Origin: Octopus sinensis
Taxonomy: Eukaryota
DNA length: 64,000 nt
Direction: 5' to 3'
Assembly (NCBI RefSeq): GCF_006345805.1
Contig: NC_043013.1
Span: forward strand, 54,808,001-54,872,000
Below are positions 13,368-26,039 of this stretch, piece by piece. How positions within the stretch are numbered: the first letter of the stretch is position 1; each line of letters starts with the position of its first letter. The notes below the pieces were generated by a model, which was not told the DNA's origin, searched no databases, and was given only the letters and a program-made list of their open reading frames with translations. The position numbers and the translations under genes were made by a program.

Positions 13368-13820
13368 CATACATATATATATATACATACATACATACAT
13401 ACATATATATATATTCATATATACATACATACATACATATATATATATTCATATATACATACATACATATATATATATACATATATACATACATACATAT
13501 ATATATATACATATATACATACATATATATATATACATATATACATACATACATATACATATATACATACATACATATATATATATACATATATACATAC
13601 ATACATATATATATATACATACATACATACATACATATATATATATACATACATACATACATACATATATATTATATATATACATATATACATACATACA
13701 ATATATATATATATACATATATACATACATACATACATATATATATATACATATATACATACATACATATATATATATATACATATATACATACATACAT
13801 ACATATATATATATACATAT

Positions 13821-13873
<53 letters not shown>

Positions 13874-13912
13874 CATATATATACATATATATATGCATAC
13901 ATATGCATATAT
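13213..13912. repeat. ~700-bp (TA)n/(TACA)n compound microsatellite
   Basis: directly visible; explains the YI/HT-rich ORFs. Confidence 0.97.
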
Positions 13913-13941
13913 AAATGTCAGCTTTATGTTCTCAGCTAGAA

Positions 13942-14140
13942 GTGACCACTTGGTCGACTTCCACGATGGTGGAGTTATAATTTTAGGAGAGTGATTGGGA
14001 CTACGTGGATGAGGAAGGCACGATCTAGGGAGGAGTGGACAGTGTGCTGTGACAAGCGGTGTCAAATGGACGCCCGACGGACTGCCCGACGGACTGCCCG
14101 ACGGACTGCCCGACGGACTGGTCAGTCAAGGTGATCAAGG

Positions 14141-14143
<3 letters not shown>
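13942..14143 (+). mobile_element. RTE-clade LINE 3' end, 5'-truncated
   Basis: translates as [42 protein letters not shown], a typical RTE C-terminus; followed by a short repeat-like tail (GTCAAGGTGATCAAGGT). Confidence 0.75.
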
Positions 14144-14185
<42 letters not shown>

Positions 14186-14300
14186 CATACATATGCATAT
14201 ATATGTATATATATATACATATGTATATATATATATATACATATGTATATATATATACATATGTACATATACATACATACGCATATATATATATACACAC

Positions 14301-14345
<45 letters not shown>

Positions 14346-14427
14346 CATACATATATTATATATATACATATGTATATATATATATGTACATACATGCGCA
14401 TATATATACATACATATGCAGACATAC

Positions 14428-14459
<32 letters not shown>

Positions 14460-14480
14460 CGCACACACACACACACATAT
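14144..14480. repeat. (TA)n/(TACA)n microsatellite
   Basis: directly visible. Confidence 0.95.
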
Positions 14481-15506
14481 GTGCAAACACATTATTATAT
14501 TCCATGAGAATTATTGGCTCAAACAGTAGAAATCTGGCTTGCATGAACTGGTATAGTTTTGTTTCCCAGTTGCTGGTGCTTAAATACTAACTACGTCAGG
14601 TCAGACATGTCTTTCATCTTTTCGTAAAGTCAGTTAAATAACTAATATAATAACATATTGATATATGGGTCAATCAACAGCCCCTTCCCTCACACTGCCA
14701 CCACCTGCAGCTTATGCTTACAGACATTATCATTATAGAATTAGGAAAATAAACACTAACTATAAACAATGATTATAATACCTTTGAACTTGAAGTTTGC
14801 TGATCTTGAGGGGTTTATGACTAATTAAGAATTCATTATGAAATATGTGTGATGTGGGAAAATATCTATTGGACAATTTCAGTTTTATGTGGGTTTTTTT
14901 TTTTACTTATTGTTTTGTGCTTATCTTTGAAGTTTAAGAAATGTCAGCTTTATGTTCTCAGCTAGAACGATGGAAAGCAGTCACAATGGAAGGCAACATG
15001 TGACAGCTTTTATTGAAGTTTCTTTTATCTCCATCAACATAATAGGGACAATCAAGGTAAGATGTAGTTTATAAAATAGAGAAATTTTTAAACAAGTATA
15101 TTGTGATAAGTTATGGAGGAGGGTTGTAGTCGATGGAGCCTGTTATATAACTGGTATTTATTATATCAGACTTATTTCCATCTCCTCGATGTGAAAATGA
15201 TTCTACATAAAAATCAGCTTTTGTCATGTATTCTGGCTTTGCTAACCATCACCATAATAGCAAAATACTATAATTTTGAATTTTAACCAGCAATACAAGG
15301 GGAGGGGGTTTATCAATTACATCAACCACAGTACATGACTGGTATCTTATTTTAAGAACTTCTAAAGGATGTCAGACAAAGTCAGCTGTGACTGGATTTG
15401 TAATCTGAATGTAAAGAACTGCAAGGAATGCTGCAAAGAATAATTTTGTCTGATGTTCCAATGATGATGACAACAACAGCAATAACAACAATTATAATAA
15501 TAAAGT

Positions 15507-15551
15507 AGATATATACATATATATATATATATACATATATATACATATACA

Positions 15552-15585
<34 letters not shown>

Positions 15586-15680
15586 GACATATATATATAT
15601 ATATACACATATATATATATATATACATATATATATAAACATATGCATATATATATGCATATATACATACATATATGTAC
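15507..15680. repeat. (TA)n-rich microsatellite
   Basis: directly visible. Confidence 0.9.
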
Positions 15681-16257
15681 ATACCTACATCTTTGTGTTC
15701 GACGATTTTTTGGTGTCCTGTATATGCAGGTATATATACATATAGATGTAGGTATGTACATATATGTATGTACATATGCATATGTTTAAATATTATTTTG
15801 TTATTATATGATTGTATGCGTGTGCATATATATATCTATATATATTCACTTTTGCATAAGAATCTATCGTCAACATTGTCACTTTAAATCTACTTCAGAT
15901 AAAGAGGCACCATCTGAGTCAGTTCTTCTATGAGCAGGAGTTAGACGGCCATATTTCACTCGTTTGTCACATTTTAAATTTGATTCCTGTGGTTGGATGC
16001 CTTTCCTATCACCTACCTCTTTACAGAGTGTGTAATGCATGCATTTTGTCTTGGCACCAGCTTCAGTGAGGTTGCCTTGAACCTCATAAGTGTCCTCACT
16101 GCTCTATGATGTATTTCTTTTCCTCAAAGCAACATGACAGAGACAAAGAAGAGGAGAGCAAGAGAGCAATGATAAAAGAAAACCAGGATAGGTGAGTGAA
16201 TGAGACATGAGGATGTCTCTACGAACTGAATGACTGGATTGGGAGATAGAGAGATAC

Positions 16258-16303
<46 letters not shown>

Positions 16304-16602
16304 GAGACGATAATACTGGTGGGTAATACATTGAGGGAATGATGGATACCAATATGAAGGATCTTGGAAGACAAGAGAGTTATGACAGGAAATAAAGAAA
16401 TGGTACTGATAAAGTATATGGAATACAAGACTATCTGATACCATCCTGTGATAGGAAGGAGCAGTAGTAATGTGGATAGGGGTAGGTAGGGGTTAAAATG
16501 GGTAGGTTCAATGCATTTCTTGTTACATGGGTGACATGATTTAGAGAAAGGGAAAACAAGGCGAAATAGAAATATATGATATATATGTATGTATGATGTA
16601 TA

Positions 16603-16646
<44 letters not shown>

Positions 16647-17408
16647 TACACACATATATATATACACACATATATATGCATGTATGTATGTGTGTGTAAC
16701 TGAAAGAAAAGTGGCCTGTAAAAGTATTGTCTTATGTTTCTCTGATTAGAGAAAGAGAGAAAAACAAAAGCCACAACAGGGCATAAAATCATACAGTTTG
16801 ATCATTTTAAATATCTTCACAGCTTTGCATATTCAACTATAAAAACTTCTTTTCCAAAAAGTATTTTTTGTTAAAATCAAATGTTGTTGTCAAGGCCTGA
16901 AGACTTATAAAAAAATTTCTGATTTCACCTCATTAGCAGCAGATTCACCATTCTTTGGCATTCTTTCCAAATGTTCGTTAGCTGACCAACTTTAAAATTT
17001 TTAATGTTCAAATTTTTTTTCAGAAATGTTAATGTTAATTAATAAATTAGCTTGAAACATCTGGCTTCAAGTAACATATGTAACTGAAATAGATGAGGTT
17101 TCTAGATACATTGTCTTATAATGTTACCATAGAAACAGAATTGAAAGCCTAACAATGCAGAAAACAAAACATAGTTGCACTATCTCATACATCTTTACAT
17201 CAAGTTCCAACTAGGAAAACATAACAATATTTGATTAATTTTTTTTTTTTTCAATTTTTTGAAAACAGCTTTTAATAAGTGAAAAATGATAAATGTTGAA
17301 GTATAAAATTGGAAAAGTGTCTATTTTGTTTTCTACATTATTCAGGTTTCCTCTGTTTCTTTTTAATAATTTATGTGAATGTGTGTGTGTGTGTGTATAT
17401 ATATATTT

Positions 17409-17612
17409 TTTCTTTTATCCTTTTACTTGTTCAGTCATTTGACTGTGGCCATGCTGGAGCACCACCTTTAGTCAAACAAATCACCCCCAGGACTTATTAT
17501 ATTGGTCTCTTTTGCTGAACCGCAAGGTTACAAGGACATAAACACACCAGCATCAGTTGTCAAGCGATGATGGGGGGAACAAAAACACAAACACACACAC
17601 ACATATATATAA

Positions 17613-17677
<65 letters not shown>

Positions 17678-17815
17678 ATGAGCTTCTTTCAATTTCCGTC
17701 AGCCAATTCCACTCATAAGGCTTTGGACGGCCTGAGGCTATAATAGAAGACATTTGCCCAAGGTGCCACGCAGTGGGACTGAACCTGAAACCCTATGCTT
17801 AGTAAGAACACTTAC
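17409..17815 (-). mobile_element. SINE family A (tRNA-CORE type, ~400 bp, central TA/CA tract)
   Basis: reverse complement of the plus-strand copy at 50937-51333. Confidence 0.9.
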
Positions 17816-17997
17816 ATATACCCACAGAAAAAGCAGATGCAAAGTCATGTGTAGATTTAAGTACCCCAAATATATCTAAATAGAAATTCTTTTCTTTTGC
17901 CCTTATTTATAATTTTCACCTTGAAAGGTATTTTAATATGCTGGCCACTGATAAAATTTTTCCTAAAAAATTTTATTCTTATATTAGATGTATACTC

Positions 17998-18396
17998 TTT
18001 TTACTCTTTTACTTGTTTCAGTCATATGACTGTGGCCATGCTGGAGCACCGCCTTTAGTTGAGCAAATCAACTCCAGGACTTATTCTTTGTAAGCTTAGT
18101 ACTTATTCTATCAGTCTCTTTTGCCGAACTGCTTAGATACAGGGACATAAACACACCATCATCGGTTGTCAAACAATGGTGGGGAGGACAAACACAGACA
18201 CACATATATACATACACACATATATATACATATATACGACTGGCTTCTTTCAGTTTCCATCTACCAAATCCACTCACAAGGCTTTGGTCGGCCTTAGGCT
18301 ATAGCAGACAACACGTGCCCAAGGTGCCATGCAGTGGGAATGAACCCAGAACCATGTGGTTGGTAAACAAGCTACTTACCACACAGCTACTCCTGC
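17998..18396 (-). mobile_element. SINE family A, full length
   Basis: TTTTACTTGTTTCAGTCA...GCTGGAGCACCGCCTTTAG...CCCAAGGTGCCATGCAGTGGGA...CTTACCACACAGCTACTCCTGC. Confidence 0.92.
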
Positions 18397-18399
18397 ACC

Positions 18400-18443
<44 letters not shown>

Positions 18444-18445
18444 GA

Positions 18446-18740
18446 GGTGCAATGGCCTAGTGGTTAGGGCAGCGGACTCGCGGTTGCAGGATCGCGGTTT
18501 CGATTCCCAGATCGGGCGTTGTGAGTGTTTATTGAGCGAAAACACCTAAAAGCTCCACGAGGCTCCGGCAAGGGGTTGTGATCCCTGCTGTACTCTTTCA
18601 CTACTCTTTCTCCCACTCTTTCGTCTGTTGGCCTGCTCGCTTAGCCAGCAGGGTGGCGTCATTCGAAGGCTAAAACAATGCGAACGCATTGTGACCAGCG
18701 ATGTGTAACAACATCTGATGGTCTGGTCGGTCATGTGATA
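18446..18740 (+). mobile_element. SINE family E (tRNA-Arg-like head, CORE-like middle, RTE-like tail), full length
   Basis: A box TGGCCTAGTGG, B box GGTTTCGATTCCC; tail is homologous to the RTE 3' end at 14048-14135. Confidence 0.85.
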
Positions 18741-18781
18741 TATATATATATATATACACACACATACACACACGCACACAT

Positions 18782-18837
<56 letters not shown>

Positions 18838-18999
18838 GTAGGTAGACAGACAGACAGACAGATAGATAGATGGTCACAGATATAAGTACACATGCATGTA
18901 TATACGGTATTTTTACTTGTATATGTATAATCTGAAAAATTGTACTACAAATAATCTATAATCTTGGATTTTTCATTAAAACTTCAGTGAGGACATGTT

Positions 19000-19680
19000 C
19001 AGCTTCCAGGAACTTAATCTTCCAAATTACTTAATTTTCACCTCTGAAGAATCTTTGAAATTATGCCATGTCAAAGAAAGGTGTTTATTTTCATTGCTGC
19101 CAGTATCTATAACCCATGACCATCCCCACTACATTTGTGGTGGTTGTTTTTTAAAAGTTTTCCGTACAGATATTTAGAACATAGTAACTATATTCTGCTC
19201 AAACTGGTTTATTTCCTTGCTGATAAGAATATAATGACTGAACTGTTCATTCACATATGCTTCTTCTCAACATTTTCTTTCAAATCTATGGAAAAATCTG
19301 TAGAATAAAAAGATAAAACAAAGAAGAAAATAGAAAAGAAATGGCAAACAGTGGTTTCTTCCATTATGCAAAAACAAGAGCTTGTTATTTTCATTTTTAG
19401 GGTTAGTTCACCTCTTTCACCCCAGGCTCCTCTCACTAATGTTTTTATTCAAAAGAAGCTGTGTCCAGTTCACTCAGATTTAACAAAATATTATCAAGAA
19501 AAGGCATCAGCTGGTCTTTCATATTTAAATTCTCAGGATGTATCAGCTTCGCTTCTTATTCTTTTGCTGCACTGGTTCTAACCCTCCCTCCATTTCGACC
19601 CTACCTCCAAATTCTTATTTGATATTTGCTGCGAAGTTGTTCCCCAAATTTCCTCTTCTTACTTAAACGCTATCTAATTT
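19000..19680 (-). mobile_element. Possible very old LINE ORF2 relic
   Basis: frame-broken motifs (ERPADAFS**YFVKS, KCSGDG) weakly resemble the LINE endonuclease-RT linker. Confidence 0.25.
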
Positions 19681-21277
19681 CAAGTTTAAACAAATCAGAG
19701 CTGTTTTATCGTGTTGTCTGTTTAAATTGAAGATAATCTGAGTTTGTATTGGATGTGTTAGTGTAATGAGAACCACTGGAAAAGTACGAGAAACTAGACT
19801 GAGACTTTCTGTTATCAAGTGGAATCAAATATATATCAAAACAATCATTAAACAGTTTTTGTGAATGTCTTTATATAGGTGAAAGTATGAATAACACCAC
19901 TGCCCAACACTTGTGTAATACAGCACCAATGAAATATTTGATTTACAACTGCAGCCTGACCTGTTATCTCAGCTGTTAATTACTAGATATAAACAAAAAA
20001 AAAATAAGTCCTTGTGTGGGCCATGGGAAGCTAATTCTGTGTAGAAATACTTGAAATGAACTGTAAAATGTGTGGAAAATAACAGATGATAACTGGAGTG
20101 TTTAAGAGTTTTTGTTTGTTTCGTTTTAAAGTATGTAAATTGAAAATTTAAGGAAATTAAATAGGGATTTAATTTTGATACAGTTTCGAAATATATAACA
20201 ATGAGGAATGTTGTTAGTTTACGTAGGATGTAGAAGTATAAATTATTAGTTTTCCATTATGAGATGGAAGTGTTAATTATAGATAAAGAATTAGAGGACT
20301 GGTGGAGAATCTAGTCTCATTGGATGAATTTACTAAAAAGCTCAAATTCAAATATTATAGCAGATACAGTCTAAACCTCCAGAATTGGTAACAATCATAA
20401 TACATGAGTCAAAATGAATGATTGTGAGTTCAAATCTAGCTTGAGCATCTAACAATAGGCCAACATTGAGGGATATTTCTTTATAAAGCAGGCTTATACG
20501 AGTAATGAAGCTAAAATTTTATCAACAATGACATATCCAAACAGACTCAGACATATATACCTATCTACACACACACATGCATGTATTAAATGCCTATACA
20601 TACACACATGCACATACATCTATATATGTATATAAATATATACACATTAAACACACACACACTCAGATATAATGGCATGGGTAGAGTTAGATAATAACAT
20701 AGGTAGAGTTGACTATAAACTATTCATTTCTCCACCAAAAGAAGAAAAATAGGAATTATTTCCCTAAAGAGAAATTAGATGAAAATAATGTTAAATAGAA
20801 TCATACCAAGTAAAAATCTAAAAAAAAGTATAAATAAATTAAAATAAAAAAGATGTTTTCAACATCAAAAAGTTTGAAAGAAAATGTACCATGAAAATGC
20901 AACAAACATCAAGACAGGAAGCAAGATATGCCATAATTAGCACAGAATTAATTAAATATTAGCAACCAATTTGATTAGTAGTGAAACCATTTTTCTATAT
21001 AAAGTTATTAAATCTGTGAAAATAGAAATGAGTTAGAGCTGTAGGGAAAAACTGCTGCTGTTGAGAAGAAGAGAGAAAAACATATGCAGAAGAAATGTTA
21101 AAATGAAAGTGAAACCGAGAATGTATAGATGGTAGTTGTGGATGTTGTTAGTATTATCTTTGACATTAGAAGACTGTCATTCATAGTTTTATTATTTTTG
21201 TGTCTTTTCCTGTTGTTGACAATTTTTAAATAAGTTTGATTGAAATTTTTGATTTTGAACTCAATTTTAATGGTATT

Positions 21278-21472
21278 ACTGGTACCCGTGACGGTGGCAC
21301 GTAAAAAGCATCCACTACACTCTCGGAGTGGTTGGCGTTAGGAAGGGCATCCAGCTGTAGAAACTCTGCCAGATCAAGATTGGAGCTTGGTGCAGCCATC
21401 TGGTTTGCCAGCCTTCAGTCAAAATCGTCCAACCCATGCTAGCATGGAAAGCAGACGTTAAACGATGATGAC
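21278..21472 (+). mobile_element. SINE-like family D
   Basis: GGTGGCACGTAAAAAGCATCCACTACACTCTCGGAGTGGTTGGCGTTAGGAAGGGCATCCAG...GACGTTAAACGATGATG. Confidence 0.9.
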
Positions 21473-24400
21473 TACAACAAACCACTGCCATCTCTCAGAC
21501 TGAAATTTTGTTTAATTGGTAAAAGAACTGTTTACACCTGTAGTAAATAGAGAGTGATAACAGGATGAACTGAAAAAGGTGTTAAAGGAAGCTCTGACTG
21601 AGGAAGTATAGCACATAACCAAGGGAAACTGTTGCGTGCAAAAACTCTTCTTGGCTCCATTCTCCTTCTTACAATGAATCAGTTAAAGTTACAAAGCAAT
21701 GAATAAGAGAGAAGAAAATATCTGACATGAAAGAAGCAAACATTTATGGCTAAATTATTCAATGGCTTACAATAGGTCAGTAAGTTTGTAGACTCTTTGT
21801 TCCCATCTATTTTTAGTATGTTTACATACACATGTGTGTGTGTGTGTGTGCACGTATGTATGAATTTGTGGTAAATGTGAAAGTACATTTATGGATGTTT
21901 AGGCATGTACATTCTAATGTCAGAGAGAAAGGGAGAAAGAAAAAAGATGGAGGGAGATAAAGTGAGAGAACAGAGATGGCCAGGGAGAGAAGTGTTTGAT
22001 TTAAAATGCTATGGCTAATGGATTGTTGTCATGAAAAACCAAATAAAAAAAAAAGAAAAGAAAAGAAAAGAAGGAAAGTATTTCATTAGAGAAACTGTGA
22101 TACGAAATGAAACTAGCTGAAGGCTACAGTCAAAGCCAGTATTTCTTATTAAAGAAGACCATCATAGCAAAACATTGCCAATGTCTTCTTAGTAAATGCT
22201 GGCAAGATTCCTTCACCAGTCTGTATTATTCCATTAATGCTGTTAAATCCATTAGTAAAATACTACTACTAGTAGTAAGTAATCACTGCTGTTAGACATT
22301 AATTACTCAATCATTACAAATGAAAAGTAAAACAATAACAAAATAAACCCAAAATTAGACAAAAGAAATTTTTCTTCTCAGTTGTTCGGTTTAACTTAAT
22401 TGTCCAGCACTATTGCTATTTTATCCCATCATCCAATTTGTGTCCAATGAACTTTATACAAGTGAAGAGCGAATAACATTTTCTTTTTAGATTCCTGACA
22501 GCCTCAATTAAGAATACAGCAATAACATTTAACCACGTTAAAACTCAATGACTTCTCATTCTGTCAGAAGAGAGTCAGAGAAGATAGTGAAAGTAGAAAG
22601 AGGGGAAGTAAAAAGAAGCATGTTAAGAAAGGGAGAAAGAGGAACAGAAATGGAAACAGAAGGAGAATGAGAAAGCAATGAATACCATTCCAAAAACTCT
22701 ATCATCCACTGGTCACCTATGGTGTGCCGGTATGTATGAAGAAGCTCTTAGCTGAACCTGTAACAACCATTCTATCTTTTGTCCATTTCAATAAAAGATG
22801 AAACAAAACAAAATAGAAAAGAAAAGGGCTGATTCTTGTACACAATATAATAATTTCCCTTTAAATTTCAGCAAATTTCACCCCTATCATATCATAGTTG
22901 AATTGTGGTTTTGAACATTACTTTTATATGTGAAATAACATGTTCCCCCTCACATTATTCAATGAAATTCAAAAGATAGCTTCTTCTCATTTCATAAAGT
23001 TTCAATCAACACAATGACCAACTCAAACCATAGTTTTGTCGGCATTGACTACAGCATTGTTGCTTTGAGCTGCTTCTTTCCTCAGTACAATGACAATAAT
23101 TTAAAGTAACTCTTTTGATCTTTCACCACTAATTCATGCAAAAAAATTACTATTTAAACAAGCATTGATTATAACAAAAAATACCTAAAAACTGCAAACA
23201 TTATTTCTGGAATTATTTTGATTTTTGTTCCCAACCATTTCTATAACAGAATAGCTAAACCCCTCACATCAATCATAATCCAGGCAATATCTAATATAAA
23301 AGAGTTCAAAAAGGGGTTAATAGAGTTGAGTTTATATGTTGTTTATGGTGTCTAAAGCCTATAGACTAGACCAGTTCCACAAGGGACTACAAAATGAAAT
23401 CATGTGAACTTACACTAATTTTTAGGGTAAAAATCTGATTACGAGGAGACTTTTTTTCTTGACTCAATTTACTTCACAGAATTTCATCAATGAATAGCTT
23501 TCAAGTGATATTTTATTAACTGACTTCCATTGATAATTAGAAAACATCTGACAAGTTATTCTTAATTAAAATTTAACCAGTAATAACAAAAATAAAAAAA
23601 TATTTTTAGCTCGACCTATCTTCCTTCTAGTAAATATATATTCTCATAAAATGTGCAACTACAACAGCTACAAGACAGCTATAAACATCAGAATTTCACA
23701 TTTACTTCTGGTAAATATTAAATGGTGTTACCTCATGCTAATGTTGAAAGAAAAATCATTTTTTTCTCGCATTAATCTTTTTGATATCAACCCAACTGAG
23801 ACCACCTCTGCTTCTTTGATACAAAACCTCTAAAAGAGTTCATTCTTAAATTAAAACCTTCCATTAATATTTAATACCAGAAACTTTAGTTATGCTTCTG
23901 ACTAAATATACAATTTAATGAAGAAAAATCAGTTATTTTGCTGAATACTTCAAATTTCTTGTTTATTTTTTAAAAATTCAACCAAAACACGCTGGCAGTG
24001 TGTTTCTTTAGAAATTTGGTCATTGAGATATTAATACTTAACAGTGAATCAAATGTAACTGATTACTAAGAGTAAGTTAATTCTTTTAGATAAAGAAGTT
24101 TGTCCAATACCAGTGAGGGAAGTCACTTAACAAATTATTTTGAAGTAAATACAGTTGTAGATAACAGCATGTGATATAAGACTAAAACTCCTTAGATTAA
24201 AATATCTACAGACAGAAAAGAGAGATTGAAGGTTACGTTGGTATTAATATTTCTGTCATTGTCTCACAGGCATTGGTCTTCTTTCTCTCACCAAGTTAGT
24301 TTTGAGTTCACTGTATTACAAACTATTATTTATAGCTGTATTTGCTTCAAGATGCACTGTTAACTGATTTATTTACATATTTCTACATTTATTTGAAACG

Positions 24401-24514
24401 TAAATACTAGATACTGCTTCACAGATTCTACATTGCATTCAAAAAATTCCTGTATTTGCTTAATGCTTTCTCAAAAACTTCTGTTTCTTTCCCCAATATC
24501 TTTCACTCACTACG

Positions 24515-24700
24515 ATCATCATCATCATCATTTAATGTCCATTTTCCCTGTTGGCATAATTTAATAGATGCAGACTAGCCTGAGGACAGCACCAGGCTCC
24601 ATTGTCAGTTTTGGCTTGGTTCCTATGGCTTGATGCCCTTCTTAAAGCCAAACACTTTACAGAGTGCACTGGGGTCATTTTACATGACAGCAGCACCCTG
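24515..24700 (-). mobile_element. SINE-like family D, decayed
   Basis: CATCATCATTTAATGTCCATTTTCC...GATGCCCTTCTT...ACTTTACAGAGTG. Confidence 0.7.
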
Positions 24701-26039
24701 TACCATTTAAACCAGGCAATCATTAACTTTTAATTACTTGCTAATTACTCATAAGAAAAGTTAGCAGGTAATATTTTCTCAGTGTTTCCTACTGGTTTTC
24801 ATTGATATTTTTTATTCCTCACAAAGACAGGGCACATCTTAGAGACAAAATCCAGAATTATTGGGGAGGGTCCTTGTGGCTCAGAAGCTCACTTCACAGC
24901 CACAAGGACTCAGGTACAGTCCCATTGCAGGAGATTTTTTGTTAAATGTCTTCTACTGTAATCTCAGGCTAACCAATGCCTTAAACTGTACTGAAGCTCA
25001 TTGTGTGTGTGAATGCTTGTCTTGACATTGTGCAATAGTTCGAAACAACAAGAGAAAATCTATGTCAATAAATTCAGTCTGACCAATGCTAGTATAGATA
25101 GGTGGGGATTAAAATGATGATGATGATGATGATGATGTCTTGTTTCAGAATCAATCTCAGATAAAACTTTACCCCCAGAAAGCAAAGTATAGATCAATTT
25201 CATTGACAAGTTTCTTTACAACCTCTCCATATCTGATTCTAAACTTCTAATATTATCTTCCATGCTTGACTTATCCTATTTTTGTCCTGTTCGCAATGTC
25301 TCAAAGTTTCTGGGTAACCAGCCAGCCAACCAACCAACCAGTTACTGAGACAGTCAAGTGTCCTTGTAATGGAAGCACCACAGAACCAGTAACTTCTTAA
25401 CAACAAATTGTCCGATACTACCTTATCTTCTCTCTCTCTTCTCTTTTTTCCTCTTTTCCTTGCTTCTCATCTTTCTCTTCTCTATAATACTCATCTATTC
25501 CTGCTGCAGCAGCAGCAAATGTCATTTCGGGAACAACAGACTTAACTCCTCCTCTCATAAGGCAGACCACTTCTTTTATTCTTGCTTAAAACTAATCTGC
25601 AATAATTTCCTTGGTGGTAAAAAAAGGCGGACAAAGAAATCACAAACATAATACATCACATGCTGCTGCTGCTGCTGCTACAATCACAATCACTACATCA
25701 ACAACATTAGCTTTCTGGCCATCTCCATTCTGATCTCATTGGCCAACTTATCATTCAGCCAGTTCTTTCAGTATTTCGTTTCCGTTTGGGCAGGGTGTGC
25801 GTGGGGGCAGTGTCAGGGCATTGGCAGTCTCAATTTCCACCAACAGATTCTCCTCCTCCTCTTCCCTCGGGCCTTTTGTCTTCTGATATTTGCTTCTCCA
25901 TCCTTTTCACTCAACCATTCTACTATCACCCAATCCAGTCTTAATTACTCACACACTCATACATTCATGGAACAACTTCATCGACCCCTTCCGTTACAAA
26001 AATGGGTCTGTTCATAACTGTTACTGGCTACATTCATAT

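Noticed and set aside
13095-14544. Long ORFs (up to 299 aa) of YI/HT/MYV repeats
   Set aside because: Translations of TA/TACA microsatellites, which lack stop codons in several frames; same for ORFs at 5.2, 6.1, 12.5, 15.4 and 16.5 kb.
18446-18520. tRNA-Arg-like sequence (also 7275, 49207, 49855, 51388)
   Set aside because: These are SINE heads: imperfect cloverleaf, continuing into SINE bodies; not tRNA genes.
23732-23829. Possible minus-strand 98-bp exon (RFCIKEAEVVSVG...)
   Set aside because: AG/GT present but the peptide is unrecognised and cannot be linked to other exons; similar weak candidates at ~3100-3152, ~32600-32760 and ~38775-38803.
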